Part shown: piece after piece, positions 1 to 9,271 of the stretch
Position numbering within the stretch: position 1 is the first letter of the stretch
How the letters are laid out: every line of letters starts with the position of its first letter
Virus record (IMG/VR): IMGVR_UViG_3300030389_002895
Span: 1 to 56,993 of that record
DNA: 56,993 nucleotides
Direction: 5' to 3' (one strand)
From: a virus
Taxonomy: Duplodnaviria; Caudoviricetes
Position numbers and translations under genes: made by a program
Notes under the pieces: model-generated
Told to the model about the DNA's origin: nothing
The model's database searches: none
Seen by the model: only the letters and a program-made list of their open reading frames with translations

Positions 1-101
1 CCGCCTGGATTTTGAAAAAACTCACCTTGTACTGGCATTACTTATGTCTCCTATGCAAATGCAAGTTGTGGTGCTCCTAGTTGAATACTTGCAGAAGCCT
101 T
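1..101 (+). repeat. Terminal direct repeat / assembly overlap, copy 1
   Basis: Identical to 56893-56993 except position 3 (g vs a). Confidence 0.97.
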
Positions 102-1016
102 AACAAAATATGGTATAATATCAACTGCATTAGCAGCTGTTGATATGGTTAAACCAGCACCACCAGCAGTTTCGTAATCTGTGCCTAAACTTAATGTTCT
201 ACTACCTGTACCATCTTGAATAAATACTATGATACCAGACTGTCCCACTGACTCAGTGCTAGGATTAGCTAAAGTTACGTTACCTGTTGCAGTCAGTACA
301 AAATTTTGATAGGTGTCAAAATCTAATGTCACACTACCTGTCTGTGAACCAGCAGTTTGTGTGCTACCTCTAAGTGCTTTTGTAAATGTTGTGTTAGCGT
401 TTGATGCTACAATATTAGCACCAGCTAAAGTGGTTGCACCAGTTCCACCCCCAGCTATAGGTAATGTTCCAAACTCTAATGCACTGCCGCCACTATTCAT
501 TTTTAATGCTTGATTTGCAGAACCTGCTGCTGTTAAACCTGTACCACCTTTTGTAATTGGCACTGTTGGTAAACTTGCTGTGCCAACTGCACCACCTAAA
601 CTATCTAGTGATACTTCAACAATATTTGTTCCATCTGCATATGCAAAATATATTTTTTGTTGGTCTGGAGAAAAACCAGTTCCACTTGCAGTTTTGATAG
701 TTAAGTTTGTTGGATTAGTTACACCTGTTACATCAAAAATATACATTTTTTCAATGCTGTCAGGCACTGTTAAAACAGTGGCTCCTGATAGGGTAACAGT
801 AGCCACTTTAACAACCATGTTTCTTGCGTTTGATATAGTGCCATCAGTCATTGCTAAAGCAACTGTGGCTCCATCTCCGACTGTCACTTGTTCAAAACCA
901 CCTATTGCTTGTTGTACTAAATTTAAATTATTATTTGTTTTAGTTCCCCATGTACCAGCGTTTTCACCAGTAGCCATGAGTTCCAGTTTTAAATCTGATG
1001 AGTATGTAGATGCCAT
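51..1016 (-). CDS. Tail fibre/tail structural protein
   Basis: 321 aa, Thr/Gly/Ala-rich, N-terminal GENAGTWG motif and GGTG fibre repeats; in tail module. Confidence 0.75.
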   Translation of the reverse strand: MASTYSSDLKLELMATGENAGTWGTKTNNNLNLVQQAIGGFEQVTVGDGATVALAMTDGTISNARNMVVKVATVTLSGATVLTVPDSIEKMYIFDVTGVTNPTNLTIKTASGTGFSPDQQKIYFAYADGTNIVEVSLDSLGGAVGTASLPTVPITKGGTGLTAAGSANQALKMNSGGSALEFGTLPIAGGGTGATTLAGANIVASNANTTFTKALRGSTQTAGSQTGSVTLDFDTYQNFVLTATGNVTLANPSTESVGQSGIIVFIQDGTGSRTLSLGTDYETAGGAGLTISTAANAVDIIPYFVKASASIQLGAPQLAFA

Positions 1017-1030
1017 ATTTTATCCTTTTT

Positions 1031-2170
1031 TTATGCCGCTGTAGTTATCTTAGTCCAGGTTACTGGTGTTCCAGTATCTACTCTGTTCCATGCTATTATT
1101 ATTACACTTCCAACATTACTCGTCAATACTACTCCAGTAACATCATCTACTATCCCAGTGCCTGTTACTTCTGCTACTGTACCAACCGCTGATGTCGTTG
1201 CTACACCTGTTACATCATATCCTGAAACTGGTGTTATAGAACCAACTGCACTTGTTGTTGATAAACCTGTTACATTTACTGTACCAGTCATTTCTAACAC
1301 AACAGTGCCTACGGAACTTGTTGCTGCTACACCTGTAACATCTACTAATGTTATTGGTGCAACTATCGCTGTACCAACACCTGATGTCATTGCTACACCT
1401 GTAGTTCCTGTTGTAGAATCACCATCAAAATCAACTGTTCCTATTGAACCTGTAAGAGATAAACCAGTAGGTGTAATCTCCACACCTTGTGTAGTAGTAA
1501 CAGATCCTACAGATGAAGTGGTAGATACTCCTGTTACAGCAACAGTAACAGAAGTCGTTCCTACAGCAGTTCCTATAGCAGTTGATGCACTCACACCTGT
1601 TGGTATAACAGAATAGGCACCACCCCAAACTCTATTACCCCAAGTTCCTCGACCCCATCCTAATCCTATCTCTGCATCAATCGTAACAGAACCTACAGCA
1701 GTAGTAGAGGCAACTCCAGTAACTGATATAGTTGTATCATTTTGATCACCCCAAGCACCTTGTCCCCAAGACAAAACACCCCAAGAAGTAGCTGCAACAG
1801 TGTTTGCAGTCCAACCCATATTGGAATGATTAGTGCAATAATAATAAAGAGTTGGTGCAGAATCAGCTACAATAATAGTAGTTTTTGCACCAGGATTACC
1901 AGGCACTCCTGTAACAGTTACACCTGTAGTATATTCACTCCCCCCAGAATGTGTTCCATTAGCTGTAGTAGAGAACCTTAAAGGGTGGTTAGAATTACTA
2001 TTATCTGATTGATCAAAAACATAAGTTCCACCTTCAGCAAGATATAATGTTACATCTGCTGTAGCAGTAGAACCATCTATTGCATATTTATTACTAGAAC
2101 CAACATTATGATACGGATGATTAGAAGGATTACCACCAACAACAGTAATAGTTAATGTTCTAGTAGTCAC
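1031..2170 (-). CDS. Virion structural protein with N-terminal cupredoxin-like domain and VTG/WG repeats
   Basis: HPLRFS...YYYCTNHSNMG motif, then many VTGV repeats; GTG start with GGAG RBS. Confidence 0.7.
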   Translation of the reverse strand: MTTRTLTITVVGGNPSNHPYHNVGSSNKYAIDGSTATADVTLYLAEGGTYVFDQSDNSNSNHPLRFSTTANGTHSGGSEYTTGVTVTGVPGNPGAKTTIIVADSAPTLYYYCTNHSNMGWTANTVAATSWGVLSWGQGAWGDQNDTTISVTGVASTTAVGSVTIDAEIGLGWGRGTWGNRVWGGAYSVIPTGVSASTAIGTAVGTTSVTVAVTGVSTTSSVGSVTTTQGVEITPTGLSLTGSIGTVDFDGDSTTGTTGVAMTSGVGTAIVAPITLVDVTGVAATSSVGTVVLEMTGTVNVTGLSTTSAVGSITPVSGYDVTGVATTSAVGTVAEVTGTGIVDDVTGVVLTSNVGSVIIIAWNRVDTGTPVTWTKITTAA

Positions 2171-2186
2171 AGAACTAGTCTCCTAA

Positions 2187-2624
2187 CTAAGCTATTCTTA
2201 TAATAGCGTCTGAAGCATTAGCAGTAGGGAACTGTATAGTAAATGTGCCTGAAGTAGCTGTTTTATCTCCACCAAAATCTAATACTGCAACTGCTGGATC
2301 ACCAGTAGCTGAATCATTATAAATTAAAGCTCCTCTTGCTGTGAGAGATACACCTACAAATGATAAATCTGCAAAGTCTACTACAGCAGTATCAGTGCTT
2401 AAAACTGGTGTTACCGCAGCTAAAGCTTTGCCACCACTGGTGTAACCAGATGGTGAAGATACTTGGTTATCCGAAGTAAAAGAAGTTGTTGATTTACCTA
2501 AAGTAGCACTTGAAGTATACATTGATAATTTAAAAGTGTTTCCGCCAGGATTTGTAAAATTATGCACGCCTTTTAAAACATCTGTTTTAAAGACATTACA
2601 TACTGCACTTGTTGTTATTGCCAT
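2187..2624 (-). CDS. Conserved virion structural (tail) protein
   Basis: 145 aa beta-rich ORF with strong RBS in structural module. Confidence 0.65.
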   Translation of the reverse strand: MAITTSAVCNVFKTDVLKGVHNFTNPGGNTFKLSMYTSSATLGKSTTSFTSDNQVSSPSGYTSGGKALAAVTPVLSTDTAVVDFADLSFVGVSLTARGALIYNDSATGDPAVAVLDFGGDKTATSGTFTIQFPTANASDAIIRIA

Positions 2625-2639
2625 TTTTTCTCCTTTAAG

Positions 2640-3287
2640 TTATGGGGATGGTGATTGCACTGGCAATCTCATAACCCCGTCATCATAATCAGCACGTCTA
2701 CGTTTACCCATTTGTGTAAGCATAAATGTCTGTATATTTTCATTATACTTATCCAAATACAGTTTGTACATATCCATAGGGCCTTTTAAATAACTAAAAC
2801 ACTCAACTAACACTCCATATAACAATAAATTTTCTGCATGTTGTGATAAAAATGTGCTTTGTGTAGATGTAAAATGTTGAGGATCTCTTATGTAATTCAT
2901 TTGTATTTCATATGCTTGATCAGGTATTGGTGCAAACACAATATTCTTATCATCCCAATTTGCATAGTATTTAGGTTGTCCTGTAGAATCACCTGGATTA
3001 AATTCAGCTATAAAAGATGTGTCTCTTTTTTCTAAAAAATCTCTTGTGCTGCTATTTATAATTTGCACAGATCGAATACTTATACAATCATCTGGCACGT
3101 TTAAGTATCTTGCGGTGCCTGTAACTGCAGTCACATATTCTCTTATGTCATCATAATCTACTTTATTAGCAATATCTAACTCTGTGTTTCTTATAAACTG
3201 ATCAATTAAACTATCTGTTAAAACATTCGAGTCTACTTCAGTGTAGTTTCTTATCTGTGTCAAGAAAGCTGAATGAGTAATTGTCAT
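2640..3287 (-). CDS. Head-tail adaptor / tail tubular-like protein
   Basis: IRNYTE...TGQPKYYA...APIPD pattern typical of podovirus adaptor proteins. Confidence 0.6.
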   Translation of the reverse strand: MTITHSAFLTQIRNYTEVDSNVLTDSLIDQFIRNTELDIANKVDYDDIREYVTAVTGTARYLNVPDDCISIRSVQIINSSTRDFLEKRDTSFIAEFNPGDSTGQPKYYANWDDKNIVFAPIPDQAYEIQMNYIRDPQHFTSTQSTFLSQHAENLLLYGVLVECFSYLKGPMDMYKLYLDKYNENIQTFMLTQMGKRRRADYDDGVMRLPVQSPSP

Positions 3288-3661
3288 GAGATCACCACAG
3301 TAAAATTAGTGCCAACAGATACTGTTGCTTCAACAGCTGTAAGTTTAGTACCTAAAATATTATCACTTTGTGCTACAGTCATACTTGTACCACCAATACC
3401 ACTGTCTCCGTTTTCTGCAAAAAAACCACTGGTTATAAATAATAAAAATTCTTTTTGGTTTTCTGGTGGTCTAGGTCTAGCATTAGCTAATGCTATCGGG
3501 TCAGCTGTAATATGTTTCTTTTTTATTTGTGGGTGTTTAGGCTCAAACTCAGATTTATGCACAAAAGACCCATTCCATTCTTTAACCATTTCCTTATATG
3601 GAAAAGCCATACCCGATCTATCAGATATTGCTTTTGCGTATTTACCTCTTGCGTAAGCCAT
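3284..3661 (-). CDS. Conserved hypothetical virion protein
   Basis: ISDRSG..FPY..M..EWNG...FEPKHPQ motif; translationally coupled to neighbours. Confidence 0.6.
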   Translation of the reverse strand: MAYARGKYAKAISDRSGMAFPYKEMVKEWNGSFVHKSEFEPKHPQIKKKHITADPIALANARPRPPENQKEFLLFITSGFFAENGDSGIGGTSMTVAQSDNILGTKLTAVEATVSVGTNFTVVIS

Positions 3662-4350
3662 TATGCACCTTGTGGGTAATAGTTTTGCGGAGTAATATAA
3701 ACAGAAGTTCTTTGACCATCCTCTGTTAACGCTCTTTGTAATTCATCTTCGTACACTAATTTAGTAGTTTGCACTAACTGTGGAGCTCTCTTCATAGAGA
3801 GATAATATGCAAGACCTGCAACCATACAGGGTATAAATCGAAATACCACGTCTGCTTGATTAGTATATGCACCTGCATCTTCAATCCTTTTTAAATAATA
3901 ATACTTTACATATTTATATGTAGAAGCATCTGGTGTCTGATACAAGGTTATTTTTGGTGTGGTTTGTCTGTCAATATAATACTGACTAGGTTGTCCTTGC
4001 GATCCTTTATTAGGTAATGCAGCATATTCACTTCTACTAATTTTAGTCAAGGATACATCATTAGTAGTAGATGATGTACCTGTTGTAGTAGATACATAAG
4101 CTTCTAAAATATCATTAGCATTTGATGGTGCATCATATACAGAAGTACCAGCTGTTAAAAGCTGTTCTTTTAATTCTACTTTCCACAAGTGTACACCTCT
4201 GTTGCCCCATTCAGAAAACAATATATTTAAACTTCTTCTTGCAGATTTTAAATCATAGCCAGAGTTTGTGCGCATACCACATCTCTCGTATGCCTCTTGT
4301 ATAATGTCGTCTATATTTAAATCAAAGGTAGTTGTCCCTGATGTTGCCAT
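3661..4350 (-). CDS. Head-tail adaptor / tail tubular protein A-like
   Basis: EAYERCG...ARRSLN...W.NRG and GQPSQYY motifs; paralogue-like to 2640-3287. Confidence 0.6.
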   Translation of the reverse strand: MATSGTTTFDLNIDDIIQEAYERCGMRTNSGYDLKSARRSLNILFSEWGNRGVHLWKVELKEQLLTAGTSVYDAPSNANDILEAYVSTTTGTSSTTNDVSLTKISRSEYAALPNKGSQGQPSQYYIDRQTTPKITLYQTPDASTYKYVKYYYLKRIEDAGAYTNQADVVFRFIPCMVAGLAYYLSMKRAPQLVQTTKLVYEDELQRALTEDGQRTSVYITPQNYYPQGA

Positions 4351-4754
4351 TACTTAACACCTGAAAATTTAATACCTCTTATTGCAGCTCTACCACCTCT
4401 TGCTATACCACCTTCTGCCTTACCTTTTATAATTAAATTAACCCCATATCTTTTTAACCTTATGTCTTTTTCTGCTTTTTTTACATCAGATGCTGTAATT
4501 CTTTTTCCTGCTGCTTTTTTCGTTGCTTCCTTATATGCGTCTTTCCTTAATGAAGTGCCACCCTTAGCTTTTCTATTTTTCTTAGCTTCTCTTTCTATGA
4601 TTTTACTAAGAGTGTTTGGGCCTGATGTAGCGTCTGGATCATAACCAAGTTTATCTAGTTGCTTTTTCATTCTTCTTTCATTTAACTTAGTTTTTACTTT
4701 CATACCAAGTTTTTTAGCACCTTTAATTAATGTACCTACTCCAGCTTTTTGCAT
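4350..4754 (-). CDS. Lys/Arg-rich putative internal virion protein
   Basis: 134 aa, very basic, AKGG/AEGG motifs, ends RGIKFSGVK. Confidence 0.7.
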   Translation of the reverse strand: MQKAGVGTLIKGAKKLGMKVKTKLNERRMKKQLDKLGYDPDATSGPNTLSKIIEREAKKNRKAKGGTSLRKDAYKEATKKAAGKRITASDVKKAEKDIRLKRYGVNLIIKGKAEGGIARGGRAAIRGIKFSGVK

Positions 4755-4764
4755 AATACTTCCT

Positions 4765-5859
4765 TTATGTTTTAGATATACTTCTTGGGTCTTTACCAGG
4801 TCTCATTGCAGCTCTACCAAAACCACTTGCAGAACCACCACCAGACATTCTTAACATACCACCACGTTTCTTGTAGCCCATTTTGTTTCTTACAGCAGTA
4901 GGTAATTTACGTAAGCCTCTACCTTTAGCACCTGCAGGAGGTGTTTTTAAACCCCTTGTAGTTTTATCGGACTGCATTTCATCTATTTTTATAGAACCTC
5001 CTCTTTTTTTCTTAGGAAATACTTTTTTGCCTTTATCACGATACTCTTTAAGATAACCAGCCTCCTCTACTTCATCTTGTCTTCTTTTAATTTTTTTAAA
5101 ACTATCCCCCATTCTTTTTCTTAATTCACCTTTTAATGCTGGTAATTTAATTTTACCCTCATCGAATTTTTTTACTAAATCAGTTGCTTTCTCAGATAAA
5201 AAATCGGCTTTTGGGCCCTTTATTTTACTAAATAAAACATCAAAAGCATCTTTACCTGCTTTTGCACCTGCTTTTGCTATTGCAAATTTACCTTTGACAG
5301 CTTTCGTTACTTTACCACCTTTAACAAAAGCACCTAAAGTGTCGTAAGGAGGAAGATTTAGTTTAAAATCTTTTTTTACTGGTCTTTTAACTTCTTTTTT
5401 AGGACCTTGTGTTCCTTTTGTTCCTAAGTTAAGTCCTGCACCTGCTCTAATTTTATTAGGGTCTTTTAAACCAGGATTTAAAGCCATAAGTTTTGCAACA
5501 GTTGTTCCAGATTTTTTTGCTATACCTGATAAGGTATCACCCTTTTGAATTTTGTATGAACCTTTAGTTCTTGGATATACACCTGTTGCTTTTTTTGTCT
5601 TAGTTATATTTGCACCAAACCTATCTCCAACTTTTGCTGTGCTTTGTTTTTTGGATCTGTAAGGATTACCAGATGTGTCCATACCTGCTGGTGTAGTATT
5701 TCTGTCAAACATAGCTTTTCTTTTAGCTGCCTTTTTTTCTTTTACAGATTTCTGTGTCATTATTTTACCAGTAACAGTATTGGCTCCACCTCTACCTCTA
5801 GTTCCCTCTGGCTTAACACCCTGTGTTTTTAGATATTCTAAAACTTCTTGTATTTTCAT
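4765..5859 (-). CDS. Basic protein with LysM domain
   Basis: YKIQKGDTLSGIAKK...LMALNPGLKDPNKIRAG is a canonical LysM pattern. Confidence 0.8.
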   Translation of the reverse strand: MKIQEVLEYLKTQGVKPEGTRGRGGANTVTGKIMTQKSVKEKKAAKRKAMFDRNTTPAGMDTSGNPYRSKKQSTAKVGDRFGANITKTKKATGVYPRTKGSYKIQKGDTLSGIAKKSGTTVAKLMALNPGLKDPNKIRAGAGLNLGTKGTQGPKKEVKRPVKKDFKLNLPPYDTLGAFVKGGKVTKAVKGKFAIAKAGAKAGKDAFDVLFSKIKGPKADFLSEKATDLVKKFDEGKIKLPALKGELRKRMGDSFKKIKRRQDEVEEAGYLKEYRDKGKKVFPKKKRGGSIKIDEMQSDKTTRGLKTPPAGAKGRGLRKLPTAVRNKMGYKKRGGMLRMSGGGSASGFGRAAMRPGKDPRSISKT

Positions 5860-5868
5860 AGCTTTCTC

Positions 5869-6294
5869 CTAGTTAATATCAATCATACCACCATAGTATT
5901 TCTTTGTAAACGTACTCACGTTTGTTGGTTTACCACCAACTCCTTGAGCTTTAGCTCTTTTTCTTTTAACTGCACTTTTTCTTTGACCTTCGGACATTCT
6001 TCTAGCTTTTGCTAAAGGAACGCATTTAGGATATTTTCTTTTTGCATCTGCTTTTTGTTTACTTCTACCACATGGTGCAAATGAACCATCAGCTCTTTTA
6101 CTACCTATATCAACCCACTTTTGATTAAACCACTCTGTAAGTCCACCCTTTTTTTTCTTTAATGGTTTAACTCCTTGTTTCTTATTATATGCTTTTACTG
6201 CCTTATCAAAATCTTTTTGATTTTTAAATCCTTCAATCCTACCTAACATTGGATGTATAAAAAAAGCTTTTCCTGTTTTTTTATCAACAGGCAT
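5869..6294 (-). CDS. Basic conserved phage protein
   Basis: GLTEWF..KWVDI...CGRS...YPKCVP motif. Confidence 0.7.
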   Translation of the reverse strand: MPVDKKTGKAFFIHPMLGRIEGFKNQKDFDKAVKAYNKKQGVKPLKKKKGGLTEWFNQKWVDIGSKRADGSFAPCGRSKQKADAKRKYPKCVPLAKARRMSEGQRKSAVKRKRAKAQGVGGKPTNVSTFTKKYYGGMIDIN

Positions 6295-6794
6295 TAGTCA
6301 AGCATACCTTTATAATAATCAACTGTAGATGGGTTTGTCTCGCTATATTCATCTTTTATGTAAGAACCAGATACAAAACCTCCAGAGCGCATACCTTCTG
6401 CTTCATTGTCTTGATTAAAACCATAATCCATATTCTGTTGTTTTTCCATAGCTCCTTGTTCAGCTTGAGCTCTACCAGCTCTTTTGCCTTGTTTTTTCAT
6501 CATGTTCATAATTGCTGCTGTTCCTAACAATCCAAGAACTGCACCCTTTGGTTTCTTAGTTAATCTGTTACCCATAATTGCTCCTTTATTAGCTTTTCTA
6601 ATTCTTCTTGCAGCAGCACCTGTACCACCTCCACCAGATGGTTTAGGTCCTTTAAAATCTTTTCTTCTTACACCCCTGTCATCTTTTGCTTTACCTGCAC
6701 ATATTTTTGAAGCATACGCATTAGCATATGCACTGGGATAAACCTTAAATTTTCTTTTAGCAGCTGCTTTTCCTCTCGGACATAATTTAGTCAT
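6294..6794 (-). CDS. Basic conserved phage protein
   Basis: LCPRGKAAAKRKFKVYPSAYAN motif; GGAGG RBS. Confidence 0.7.
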   Translation of the reverse strand: MTKLCPRGKAAAKRKFKVYPSAYANAYASKICAGKAKDDRGVRRKDFKGPKPSGGGGTGAAARRIRKANKGAIMGNRLTKKPKGAVLGLLGTAAIMNMMKKQGKRAGRAQAEQGAMEKQQNMDYGFNQDNEAEGMRSGGFVSGSYIKDEYSETNPSTVDYYKGMLD

Positions 6795-6827
6795 AAGACC
6801 TCCTTTTATTATTATAAAGTAGTGCAG

Positions 6828-6962
6828 TCATCGTGTAAATAACCTGCTCTTTGATTTGTTTTTGTTACCTTGTACTATTCTTACTCTTTTCTTTTTTATA
6901 AATTTTCTTTTTTGAGGACCTTTGGTTATTTGTTGCCTCATACTACCTCTACCTATAGCCAT
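6828..6962 (-). CDS. Small basic protein (44 aa, MAIGRGSMRQQITKG...), not in ORF track
   Basis: Manual translation; start coupled to peptidase stop by TAATG overlap. Confidence 0.7.
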   Translation of the reverse strand: MAIGRGSMRQQITKGPQKRKFIKKKRVRIVQGNKNKSKSRLFTR

Positions 6963-7423
6963 TATCGTAACCTATACCTAGTTTTGCCTTCTTTGTTTTT
7001 ATAAGCTTCTTTATATTCGAATCTATTTTCATCAGTGCTGTAGGAAACGTGTACCCATCCAGAGTGAGGATCTTTTTCTGGATTGTGAAACTCTAATATT
7101 AATTGATCATACTTTAAATTAGAGTGTATCCAATCACTTAATTCTAAATTGCCCACTTCTAAAACTTCGATGTCCGCTGCTTGACCTTGTACGTGTTGGG
7201 AGGTTATACTTCCTCCAATCTTAAGATTAAGTTCTGCACATCTAAACCCAGAACTAATAATCATAGGCTTCATAAAATAATCTCTTACTGGCTGTAAAAC
7301 ACTTACACATAAATTACGTAAATTAAATATTTGTTTATCACTAGGTGTATTATCAATATTATGTCTTATAGCCGTTTGCGACCTAGTAAACTCGTGTAAG
7401 CTAAAATTATCAGAAAGTTTCAT
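6962..7423 (-). CDS. Peptidase M15A (endolysin-type Zn peptidase)
   Basis: LS.NFSL.EF, SSGFRC, SQHVQGQAADI and WVHVS motifs. Confidence 0.9.
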   Translation of the reverse strand: MKLSDNFSLHEFTRSQTAIRHNIDNTPSDKQIFNLRNLCVSVLQPVRDYFMKPMIISSGFRCAELNLKIGGSITSQHVQGQAADIEVLEVGNLELSDWIHSNLKYDQLILEFHNPEKDPHSGWVHVSYSTDENRFEYKEAYKNKEGKTRYRLR

Positions 7424-7424
7424 G

Positions 7425-8042
7425 TTAATACATTTTCGTTTTTTTAGTTCTACCTAATTTAGTAGGAACTGTTACAGAACCACCTTTTTTTAATGCCTGT
7501 ATTATATATTTACGACCTTGTTTATATTTAGGCATTTTAGAAACTGGAGGTTTATACCCTTTAGGAAAAACAGGAACTAAATTAATACCTTCTTTTCTAA
7601 ATTTTACTTTTGAATTAAAAGGCATTATTTTATTTGCTAACTCTTTACCTTCATCTACTTTACCACCTTTATTTAAATTTATTCTTTTTCTTGATTTAAA
7701 AAGGCTCTTGGGAGTAGACTTTTCCATTTCTCTTGGTTTAAAAAGGTCTCTGGGATTAGACTTTTCTATTTTTCTTGGCCTATAAGGTCCTGTAATTGGT
7801 TTTGCAGGTGCCTTTTGCTTTCGACCTTGAGGTCTGTAAGGTTCTGCTATTGGTTTTGGTTTACTTTTAGATATTGGTTTAGCCCTTTCTCTTATTAAAC
7901 CACCATCATCAAATAACCCTGATAATAAATTAGTTATATCAGGAGCAGCCTCAACAAGAGTTGATGATGTTAATAAATCTCTTTTATACTTAGCAAGTTT
8001 TTGTTCTGCTTTAGTTAATACTTTATTTTTTTTCTTTGGCAT
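7425..8042 (-). CDS. Lys/Pro-rich protein with internal duplications
   Basis: KPI.xPYRP x2, EKS.P..LFK x2, LNKGG/LKKGG motifs. Confidence 0.7.
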   Translation of the reverse strand: MPKKKNKVLTKAEQKLAKYKRDLLTSSTLVEAAPDITNLLSGLFDDGGLIRERAKPISKSKPKPIAEPYRPQGRKQKAPAKPITGPYRPRKIEKSNPRDLFKPREMEKSTPKSLFKSRKRINLNKGGKVDEGKELANKIMPFNSKVKFRKEGINLVPVFPKGYKPPVSKMPKYKQGRKYIIQALKKGGSVTVPTKLGRTKKTKMY

Positions 8043-8351
8043 TTAACACTTCCATCTTCTTCTCGCTTGTCTTAATCGAGAGTTAGGATTTTTAGCTGCT
8101 TTAGGAAATTGTTTCATTTGACCAGCACTTCTTGCACAAAATGACTTACGTCTTTTTGCAGCTTTACTTCCTGGTTTAACTTTTCCTGTAACAGCTGTTT
8201 GTAATTTAGATCCAGGGTTTTTTCTTCTGTAAGCAGCAACACCTGCTTTAGTCATACCTGCACCAGCTTTAGTTGGTCTAAAGTTTTTCTTGTTTCGGGG
8301 AGGCATGCCTCCCCTTTTTAAACCAATCAAATCTGCTGTGTAATTATCCAT
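8043..8351 (-). CDS. Basic conserved phage protein
   Basis: GMTKAGV..YRR.NPGSKL...RRKSFCARS...RWKC motif. Confidence 0.75.
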   Translation of the reverse strand: MDNYTADLIGLKRGGMPPRNKKNFRPTKAGAGMTKAGVAAYRRKNPGSKLQTAVTGKVKPGSKAAKRRKSFCARSAGQMKQFPKAAKNPNSRLRQARRRWKC

Positions 8352-8652
8352 TATCTGTATCAGCTGTAATCGGTGTTACAAATACTGTAACAGAGGTTAC
8401 GTTACTAATAGTCAAGTGCATATCCGTTTTAAATAGTATACCATCCAAAGGCATATCCACTTGATATTGGTCAGCTGCACTTCCAGCAGGAGTAGCAATT
8501 ACTAATTTTTGTGTACCACTAGCTCCTCCATCTTTAAAAGTTAAAGTGCCAGCTGAAGCATGACCTACATAATAGATAGATAGCAAACGTGTTCTACCAG
8601 ACTGAATAGTACCAGTTGAGGTAAGCGTTTTTGCTCCTATATCTGAATTCAT
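8344..8652 (-). CDS. Small virion structural protein
   Basis: 102 aa beta-rich ORF downstream of MCP. Confidence 0.6.
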   Translation of the reverse strand: MNSDIGAKTLTSTGTIQSGRTRLLSIYYVGHASAGTLTFKDGGASGTQKLVIATPAGSAADQYQVDMPLDGILFKTDMHLTISNVTSVTVFVTPITADTDNG

Positions 8653-8666
8653 TGTGTACCTCTATA

Positions 8667-9128
8667 TTATGCAAAGTTTGTGTTTTGTTGATACAAAATA
8701 GTAATTCTTACTTCACCTGCATTAGTAGCAGCAGAATTAGTAAAATTAAGTCTTTGATCAGAAGTTCCAATATCTTCCCAAGCTAAAGCTCCACCAGATA
8801 CAGTAGTAGGATATTGTCTACCAGCAGTTGTTCCTATAGTGTGTGCATTTACTAATGCAGTAGCTGACCCACCAACAAAACCAACACTAATATTAGTAGA
8901 TGTATTTGCTGCTGTGATAATATCAAAAACACAATCAATTATTTGTGAATTAGCAGGAATAATTACATCTGATGCTACAGCCGCAAGTGCTCCTCCTGAT
9001 AGATCAACTGCATGACTTTGTGCCATTACAACTTGACCTGTGTTTTTCATATTTGTTCCTACAGTGGTACCAGTAGTTTCTTTAATTGTTCCTGCTTTAA
9101 TAGGACCTGAAAAAGTTGTTGTTCCCAT
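8667..9128 (-). CDS. Putative capsid-associated/decoration protein
   Basis: M.TTTFSGPIK N-terminus; first gene after the MCP terminator. Confidence 0.6.
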   Translation of the reverse strand: MGTTTFSGPIKAGTIKETTGTTVGTNMKNTGQVVMAQSHAVDLSGGALAAVASDVIIPANSQIIDCVFDIITAANTSTNISVGFVGGSATALVNAHTIGTTAGRQYPTTVSGGALAWEDIGTSDQRLNFTNSAATNAGEVRITILYQQNTNFA

Positions 9129-9221
9129 AATTTTCTCCTAGTTGTAGATATAGTTTTCTAGGTTATCTGCCAAGCCAGTCTATATCAATTATTATATTTC
9201 TTGGTAAATAAATTGTAACAT

Positions 9222-9248
9222 AAAAAAAGGGGCCTCGTAAGCCCCTTC
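9222..9248 (-). terminator. Rho-independent terminator after MCP
   Basis: Minus strand AAGGGGC-TTACGAG-GCCCCTT followed by T run. Confidence 0.85.
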
Positions 9249-9271
9249 TTTTAGTTTATTAAGGAGAAATT

